Source: an uncultured Desulfobacteraceae bacterium (GTDB lineage Bacteria > Desulfobacterota > Desulfobacteria > Desulfobacterales > Desulfobacteraceae). From it: DNA of 64,000 nt. A program made the position numbers and the translations under genes. The stretch is taken from positions 332 to 64,331 of the forward strand of contig CAJWHT010000005.1 of NCBI GenBank assembly GCA_913041495.1. Direction: 5' to 3'. Position 1 is the stretch's first letter. Each line of letters starts with the position of its first letter. This document shows, one piece after another, positions 58,085-64,000 of the stretch. The notes below the pieces were generated by a model that saw only the letters and a list, made by a program, of their open reading frames with translations, ran no database searches and was not told the DNA's origin.

Positions 58085-58822
58085 ATGGAAAATATGATCG
58101 AGTTCAAAAATGTTCACAAGTGGTACGGTAAGCTCCACGTGCTCAACGATATCAACCTGGAGATTTCCAGAGGTGAGGTGTTGGTGATCTGCGGTCCTTC
58201 CGGGTCGGGCAAATCCACCCTGATCCGATGTATCAACCGCCTGGAGGAAATTCAGAAAGGGGAAATAGTGGTCAATAACACCCCGGTTCATGATAAAACC
58301 GTCAACCTGACGCGGCTGCGTGAGGATATCGGGTTTGTTTTCCAGCAGTTCCACCTTTATCCCCATATGACGGTGCTTCAGAACATCACACTGGCCCCGG
58401 TGAATGTGAAGAAGATGAGCCGGAAAAAGGCAGAGGCCATTGCCATGGAAAAACTGGAACAGGTGGGACTCACCGACAAAAGCGGTGCATACCCCGGTCA
58501 GCTCTCCGGCGGGCAGCAGCAGCGGGTTGCCATTGCCAGGGGGCTTGCCATGAGCCCTGAAATCATGCTCTTTGACGAACCCACCTCCGCCCTGGACCCG
58601 GAGATGATCGGCGAGGTATTGGACGTTATGGTCAATCTTGTCTCCGAGGGCATGACCATGTGCGTGGTCACCCATGAAATGGGTTTTGCCAAAAAAGTGG
58701 CGGACCGCGTTGTGTTCATGGATGAGGGCAAAATCGTGGAAACCGGAAAGCCGGATGAATTCTTTGACAATCCCAAGACGGAGCGGGCTGAAAGTTTTAT
58801 CAGCATGATACTGACCCATTAA
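58085..58822 (+). CDS. amino-acid ABC transporter ATP-binding protein (GlnQ-like)
   Basis: Walker [11 protein letters not shown]-loop, [15 protein letters not shown] signature, and Walker [13 protein letters not shown]. Confidence 0.93.
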   Translation: MENMIEFKNVHKWYGKLHVLNDINLEISRGEVLVICGPSGSGKSTLIRCINRLEEIQKGEIVVNNTPVHDKTVNLTRLREDIGFVFQQFHLYPHMTVLQNITLAPVNVKKMSRKKAEAIAMEKLEQVGLTDKSGAYPGQLSGGQQQRVAIARGLAMSPEIMLFDEPTSALDPEMIGEVLDVMVNLVSEGMTMCVVTHEMGFAKKVADRVVFMDEGKIVETGKPDEFFDNPKTERAESFISMILTH

Positions 58823-58926
58823 CGGCCATGGGCCGCCCAGCTTCTGCCCTATGGGTATGAATGTCATTGGCGTGACCACAACAAACTGTCAAAGAATTCA
58901 ATAACTTGTTTGGTTCTTTTATATAG
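58820..58926 (+). repeat. structured intergenic repeat, copy C (with internal insertion)
   Basis: Begins at the ABC ATPase stop with the identical 20-mer. An extra segment of about 17 nt (GCTTCTGCCCTATGGGTA) follows, then the CCACAACAAAC core and AAAGAA / TTCTTT stem. Confidence 0.8.
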
Positions 58927-58946
58927 AAAAAGAAAAGGAAGATGTC

Positions 58947-59936
58947 ATGATCCTGGAAAAACTGCCGCGGTTTCCTTTGTGTGAACTGCCGACACCGGTA
59001 CACCATCTCAAATCCTTTTCCGCCCTGGTGGGGGGGCCGTCAATTTACATGAAACGGGACGAACTCACCTCACTTGCCATGGGCGGTAACAAGACAAGAA
59101 AACTGGAGTTCCTGGTGGGTGAGGCCTTGGCGCAGGGAAAAGACACCCTGGTTACGGCAGGAGGCATCCAGTCCAACCACTGCCGCCTGACGGCTGCGGC
59201 CGCGGCCAGGGCGGGACTTTCCTGTCACCTGGTGCTAAACGGGGATCCACCTGAAACCCCCAACGGCAACCTGCTTCTGGACAGGATTTTAGGGGCACAG
59301 CTTCACTACTGCCATCGCAAGGACAGGGACACCACATTGTACCGTGTGGCAAAAGCGCTTGAACAAAAGGGGAGCAAGCCCTATGTGATTCCGGTGGGCG
59401 GATCCAACAGTGTCGGTGCCGTCGGCTATGTGAAGGCCATGCTGGAACTGTCGGCGCAGCTAAGGGAGATGAACATCCGTCCCGATGCCATCGTTTTTCC
59501 CACCAGTTCCGGCGGCACCCAGGCCGGCCTGACCCTGGGGGCAAAGCTGGCAGGTTTTGACGGCCGCCTTCTGGGGATGAGTATTGACCAGACCAAGACC
59601 GGGGATGACCCATTTGCGCCGGTGCTCACTGACATTGCCAATGCCGCCGCAAAACGGCTGGAATCGGATCTTATATTTACCGAGGAAGACTTCGGTCTGA
59701 ATTGTGATTATTTAGGGGCGGGATATGCCGTTCCGGGGGATCTGGAGTTCAACGCCATCCGGGATCTGGCAAGAAGCGAAGGTATTCTGCTGGGACCTGT
59801 GTATACGGCCAGGGCCATGGGCGGACTTATGGATCTGATCCGAAAAGGTGTGTTTAAAAGGAACCATACCGTCGTCTTCTGGCACACGGGCGGTTCCCCG
59901 GAACTCTTTGCCTGGGCAGATCAGATAAAGCTGTAA
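58947..59936 (+). CDS. D-cysteine desulfhydrase / ACC deaminase family PLP enzyme
   Basis: LPTPVHHL, GGNKTRKLEFLVGEAL (PLP lysine), GGIQSNH, and the SSGGTQAG glycine loop. Confidence 0.85.
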   Translation: MILEKLPRFPLCELPTPVHHLKSFSALVGGPSIYMKRDELTSLAMGGNKTRKLEFLVGEALAQGKDTLVTAGGIQSNHCRLTAAAAARAGLSCHLVLNGDPPETPNGNLLLDRILGAQLHYCHRKDRDTTLYRVAKALEQKGSKPYVIPVGGSNSVGAVGYVKAMLELSAQLREMNIRPDAIVFPTSSGGTQAGLTLGAKLAGFDGRLLGMSIDQTKTGDDPFAPVLTDIANAAAKRLESDLIFTEEDFGLNCDYLGAGYAVPGDLEFNAIRDLARSEGILLGPVYTARAMGGLMDLIRKGVFKRNHTVVFWHTGGSPELFAWADQIKL

Positions 59937-59944
59937 AGGGTGGA

Positions 59945-60694
59945 TTAATTAAAAATGTAGGCGGCGTTTTTCCCCGGCTTTTCCGCCGCCTCAATGTGTT
60001 CCAGATCCATGTAAATTATATCGTAACCGTCCATTTGCCGCATGGCCACCCTGCCCGACACCCTAACCCAGTCATCGCTTTTCAGCTCCGATTTTTCAGG
60101 CCGGGGGATAAAGACGCCCACCGGCTGGGCATCGGCCGCACAGCAGGTGATAAAATACCTGAATACGGCGGACAGTTCATCATGGCCGTCAATGGTCTCG
60201 GCAAACATCCCTTCCACCTGGACCGGCATGCCGTTGAACCGGTCAAACTCACGGATGAGGGTGGAGATGGAAACAGGTGCCGGGGATTGATTTTCCTCTT
60301 GATTTGTGGTCTCCGAAACCTTGTTTTCCACAGGTGTTGGTGCCGGTGATGTGATGGTCGGATTCAAAGGGGTTTCAGCGGCCCCGGGGATCACCATCAC
60401 CCGTTTGCTCAAGGCGTATTCTCCCAGGGTATTTTCCCCGGCTGAAAAGATGAACCCGATGGGCAAAAGAAGGATAAGCCCCTTGATCCAGGCATGTTTG
60501 GGGACAGGCATCCGGGATATGCCTTTGGATATGAGGCCTGCGGTCAGCACCAGGCTGATGATCATTCCGGTATAGATCAGCCATTTGAAATCCGGTTTGA
60601 GGAAAAGCTGGAAATGATCATCCCTGATCAGCCAGGCCAGTGCAAAAAACCAGACCGCCAGTACCAGTGCCGGAAGCAGTCGTTTTACAGCCAT
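59945..60694 (-). CDS. TIGR03943/DUF1980 family protein (second subunit of a two-component permease)
   Basis: The internal ATG gives an N-terminus with 3 TM segments, a Pro/Thr-rich linker, and a C-domain with the FRYFITCCAADAQP motif typical of this family. Confidence 0.7.
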   Translation of the reverse strand: MAVKRLLPALVLAVWFFALAWLIRDDHFQLFLKPDFKWLIYTGMIISLVLTAGLISKGISRMPVPKHAWIKGLILLLPIGFIFSAGENTLGEYALSKRVMVIPGAAETPLNPTITSPAPTPVENKVSETTNQEENQSPAPVSISTLIREFDRFNGMPVQVEGMFAETIDGHDELSAVFRYFITCCAADAQPVGVFIPRPEKSELKSDDWVRVSGRVAMRQMDGYDIIYMDLEHIEAAEKPGKNAAYIFN

Positions 60695-61782
60695 GTCAGC
60701 GCCCCTTCCATAAACAGCATTGCCATGAAGACAAAGGTCAGCGTGGACAGGGAAAGGATGAGGATCATCTTCCGGGTGAAAACACTCATGTACATGAGGA
60801 TGAGTTTGAGATCCAGCATGGGACCCAAAACCATAAAAGCCATTTGGGCGGTAAAGGGGATGCCGATGGGGGAAAGCGATGCTGCAATAAAGGCATCTGC
60901 CTCGCTGCACAGGTTCAGTACAACGGCCAGAATCATCATCAGGGCAATGGCTGCCACGGACCCGGATGCCACTGAGAAAAACGCCTGCCGGGGAATAAAA
61001 GTTTGAAGGGCAGCGGCAATAAAGGCCCCGATGATCAAAAAGCGGGCAATATCGTAAAAGTCCAGGGCACCGTGTGACAGGGCTGCCATGAGTTTCTTAG
61101 AGAAGGGCCGGCCGGACAGGTCGCTGTGGTCATGGCCGCAGTCCGAAGACCCGCAATGGCTGCATCCGTTTTTGAGGGGCCGGGTCTCCGGCAGCAGGGC
61201 TTCTTTTTCCGATATCACGGAATGGATGAGGAATCCGATACCGATGGCAACGGCTGCGCCGGTAAGGGTTCTCAGAATGGCGGTTTCCCAGGAATAGGCG
61301 TAGGCCACAAGTGTTGAGGAAAAGACCAGGGGATTGACGATGGGGCCGGCCAGAAGAAAGACCACGGCCGAACCTAAAGGCATGCCCTTCTGGATGAATT
61401 TTCTCACCACCGGTACGATGGCGCACTCACAGACCGGGAACAACATCCCCATAAAGGCGGCAAGGACAATGGCCTTTCCCGGGCTTTTGGGCAGGATGGA
61501 CACCAGCCGTTCCCGGGACAAAAATACGTCCACCAGGCCGCCTAAAAGGGTGCCCATGAGCATAAAGGGCATGGCCTCCAGGATGATGGAGGAAAAGATA
61601 ATGGAAAAGGTGGCAAAGGCCTCTGTCTTACCATAAACCACCGCGGCCCAGGCCACGGCGGCCAAAAAAAACATCTGGGCATAGGTGCCGGCCTCTTTGA
61701 GGGGATGGGCGGGTTTAACCTGTGCCACTGCCTTGGGGGGAACAGGGGGCGGTGCGACGGGAAACGGATCGGTATTCATCAT
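60685..61782 (-). CDS. UPF0718/DUF318 (ArsP-like) permease with a Cys/His-rich loop
   Basis: Polytopic. FPVCECAIVPV and FLLAGPIVNP motifs, with central loop NGCSHCGSSDCGHDHSD. Confidence 0.75.
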   Translation of the reverse strand: MMNTDPFPVAPPPVPPKAVAQVKPAHPLKEAGTYAQMFFLAAVAWAAVVYGKTEAFATFSIIFSSIILEAMPFMLMGTLLGGLVDVFLSRERLVSILPKSPGKAIVLAAFMGMLFPVCECAIVPVVRKFIQKGMPLGSAVVFLLAGPIVNPLVFSSTLVAYAYSWETAILRTLTGAAVAIGIGFLIHSVISEKEALLPETRPLKNGCSHCGSSDCGHDHSDLSGRPFSKKLMAALSHGALDFYDIARFLIIGAFIAAALQTFIPRQAFFSVASGSVAAIALMMILAVVLNLCSEADAFIAASLSPIGIPFTAQMAFMVLGPMLDLKLILMYMSVFTRKMILILSLSTLTFVFMAMLFMEGALTWL

Positions 61783-61953
61783 TTTTTATCTATGGCATCA
61801 CTTGCTGTTATTTTTTTCACATGATACGCCTGCGCATTGCCAAGTCAATAAAAATCAAGGCGGGCCAGAAAAGCCTTTACCCCGGCAGGGCCTTTCTATA
61901 TCCTTTCCGGGTTGACGGCATTTTGTCCTACCTCAAATGAACTGGAGTCTGCA

Positions 61954-62877
61954 ATGAAGAATGCAGATATGACACTGGGCCCCTCATTATTCGTCATCTT
62001 CCTCTGCCTGCTGTTCGGCGGCAACGGTGTGGCCATGAAATTCGGATATACAGGCCTGGGGCCCTTTACTTCCGCGGGCTTAAGGTTTAGCCTGGCCGCC
62101 TCCCTTCTGGTGATATGGGCCAGGTATAAGGCCATTCCCCTGCGGCTGGACAGGGAGCAACGGCGCCTGATTATTCCCCAGAGCTTTTTGTTTGTGATCC
62201 AGGTGTCCGGCTTTCATCTGGGGCTGAACCATACCACCGCCTCCCATGCCGCCCTGGTGGCCAATGTTCTGCCCTTTATGGTATTGATACTGGCCCATTT
62301 TTTTATCCCCGGAGACCGGATTACCCCGAAAAAAAGCATCGGCATCATCATGGGGTTTATCGGGGTGGTGGTGCTCTTTTTTGACAAAACCGATTTGGGA
62401 ACGGCGGTACAGTCCGGGGATATCATCGTTTTAACGGCGGTGCTCTGCTGGTCGGTGTCCGCAGTGTACGTCAAGCGGATCATCCACAGGTTCAATGCGG
62501 TTCAGATGACCCTGTATCCCATGATTTTCGGGATTCCCTTTTTCTTTCTGGGCGGCTGGCTCTGGGACACCACCATGGTGGCAGGCGTCACCCCCACGGT
62601 GGTGAAGGCGATTCTGTATCAGGGAACGGCAACGGCAGCCTTCGGGTTTGTGGCCTGGAATACCATGCTCCAGCGGTACGGCGCCACGGCGCTTCATTCC
62701 TTTGTATTCATCGTTCCCCTGGCCGGGGTGTCATTCGGGGTTCTTCTGCTGGGGGAACCCGTGACCTCACATCTTTTGACCGCTATTGTCTGCATCGTGG
62801 CCGGCATCATCGTGGTCAATTACAGGAAACGGAAGAAACCGCCGATTCTTCCGCCCCATCGTCCGCCGTTTAATTAA
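61954..62877 (+). CDS. DMT superfamily (EamA) transporter
   Basis: About 10 TM segments and two EamA-like halves. Confidence 0.8.
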   Translation: MKNADMTLGPSLFVIFLCLLFGGNGVAMKFGYTGLGPFTSAGLRFSLAASLLVIWARYKAIPLRLDREQRRLIIPQSFLFVIQVSGFHLGLNHTTASHAALVANVLPFMVLILAHFFIPGDRITPKKSIGIIMGFIGVVVLFFDKTDLGTAVQSGDIIVLTAVLCWSVSAVYVKRIIHRFNAVQMTLYPMIFGIPFFFLGGWLWDTTMVAGVTPTVVKAILYQGTATAAFGFVAWNTMLQRYGATALHSFVFIVPLAGVSFGVLLLGEPVTSHLLTAIVCIVAGIIVVNYRKRKKPPILPPHRPPFN

Positions 62878-64000
62878 GCTGCGCCACCGTTTTTTTTTCA
62901 GGCTGGGGAAGTGCGCCCTGCCGGGGTATCTGCCGGTTGGACAAGGCGAGTTTCGCCTGTTGTGTGACAGGTCTTTCAGAGCCGTTCGTTCCATTGGATC
63001 CCCTTGCCTGATCTTTGCCCGTCACCAGATGAACCAGGGTGCCCACAAAGCCTTTCATCTGTTCGGCCTGGGAGTAGAGTTCTTCGGCGGCAGAGGCGGA
63101 TTCCTCAGCCGACGCCGCGGTCTGCTGAACCACCTTGTCCATCTCGTCGATGGCCTGGTTGACCTGCTCTATGCCGTTGGACTGCTCCCTGGAAGCCTCG
63201 GAAATTTTGCCCAAAAGTTCGGCCACGGCATCAGAATCCCGTTCCACCCCGGCGAACATGTCTGCCGTATCCGCCACCACCCGGGTCCCTTTTTCCACCT
63301 GGGTCACGGTGCCGTCGATAAGGACTGCCGTGTTTTTGGCGGCTTCAGCCGCCCTTAGGGCCAGGTTGCGGACTTCATCGGCCACCACGGCAAATCCGGC
63401 CCCGGCCTCACCGGCCCTGGCCGCCTCAACCGCGGCATTCAGGGCCAGCAGATTGGTCTGGAAGGCGATTTCATCAATGGTTTTGATGATCTTGGAGGTC
63501 TCGCCACTGGCTTTGGTTATATCGGCCATGGATTCGTTGAGCTGTGCCATGGAGACATTGGCCTCCTTGACGGACCGGTTGGTGGTCTGCATCAGGGTGT
63601 CTGCCTGGTCTGCATCGGATGCATTACGCTGGGTCATGGCGGCAATCTGGTTGAGGGAGGCCGAGGTCTCTTCCAGGTTGGCGGCCTGGGATGCGGCACC
63701 GCTGGCCAGGTGCTGGGATTCCTGGGAAATCTGGTTGGACGCCTGATTGATCTGGGAAGAGGCCTGATCCAGCACATCTGTGGTGGAAGAAAGCTTACCG
63801 ATCACGGCGCGCCCGAAGGCCAGGGAGAGAAGCACCGCAGCCGTAAGGGATATGCCGCAGATGATCATGATCATATTGCGGATGCTGTAGATGACCCCGG
63901 AGAAATCCTTGACATAGGAGCCGGAAACAATGATCCAGTCCAGAGGCTCAAAGTAGGTATAGGCAGCGATTTTATCCTCTCCCTCCCAGGGATAGCGTAA
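62870..64000 (-). CDS. methyl-accepting chemotaxis protein; N-terminal sensor region continues beyond the right edge
   Basis: Highly conserved signalling hairpin [38 protein letters not shown]. The reading frame stays open through 63875-64000 (…[18 protein letters not shown], Cache-like). Confidence 0.88.
   Translation of the reverse strand, partial: LRYPWEGEDKIAAYTYFEPLDWIIVSGSYVKDFSGVIYSIRNMIMIICGISLTAAVLLSLAFGRAVIGKLSSTTDVLDQASSQINQASNQISQESQHLASGAASQAANLEETSASLNQIAAMTQRNASDADQADTLMQTTNRSVKEANVSMAQLNESMADITKASGETSKIIKTIDEIAFQTNLLALNAAVEAARAGEAGAGFAVVADEVRNLALRAAEAAKNTAVLIDGTVTQVEKGTRVVADTADMFAGVERDSDAVAELLGKISEASREQSNGIEQVNQAIDEMDKVVQQTAASAEESASAAEELYSQAEQMKGFVGTLVHLVTGKDQARGSNGTNGSERPVTQQAKLALSNRQIPRQGALPQPEKKTVAQLN

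Noticed and set aside
57410-58879. 489-aa ORF on the minus strand
   Set aside because: It lies antisense to two ABC permease genes and the ABC ATPase gene, all of which carry textbook motifs. Its product is His/Gly/Pro-rich with no domain. Its N-terminal GGPWPL block is just the reverse translation of repeat copy C. This is a shadow ORF.

Overview
Chromosomal window with no rRNA, tRNA, CRISPR array, transposase or integrase that I could recognise. All coordinates were hand-counted, so short sites may be off by 1-2 nt. The left side is housekeeping: a PEP-mutase-family enzyme, GNAT, trmL, an RdgC-like pair, dnaN-gyrB. From about 9.7 to 41 kb the content is accessory and stress or redox related. 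It includes desulfoferrodoxin, a kaiC-kaiB-hybrid kinase operon, two ~510-aa multi-BON paralogs plus a single-BON protein, and PRC-barrel, DUF1269, DUF502, PLDc_N and DUF1566 proteins. It also holds a cysteine-less DsrC/TusE homolog, a periplasmic rhodanese + split YeeE/YedE operon, a decayed P-type ATPase, a 1532-aa CheB-CheR-PAS-kinase-receiver protein, an orphan NarL/LuxR regulator and hcp. The right side holds TetR + M24 peptidase, an AlaC-like aminotransferase, cbiC-cbiA-cbiD, a GGDEF protein, a GntR-controlled amino-acid uptake/catabolism cluster, a two-component permease, an EamA transporter and a truncated MCP. The gene content fits an anaerobic, sulfate-reducer-like deltaproteobacterium; this is inference only. 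Main second-look items: (1) a thioredoxin-fold gene whose CxxC motif is restored only if an in-frame TGA is read as selenocysteine (UxxC), with a hairpin downstream; (2) a ~90-nt structured repeat present three times, each copy beginning exactly at the stop codon of a plus-strand gene; (3) a 22-bp perfect inverted repeat bracketing the dfx gene, related to an AAAATACAGG / TACAGGA motif seen in many intergenic regions of the stress island; (4) KaiCB plus two orphan HisKA_3 hybrid kinases and one orphan NarL-type regulator as a possible control layer for the island; (5) a rhodanese with a SoxY-like C-terminal CGG tail coupled to split YeeE/YedE.
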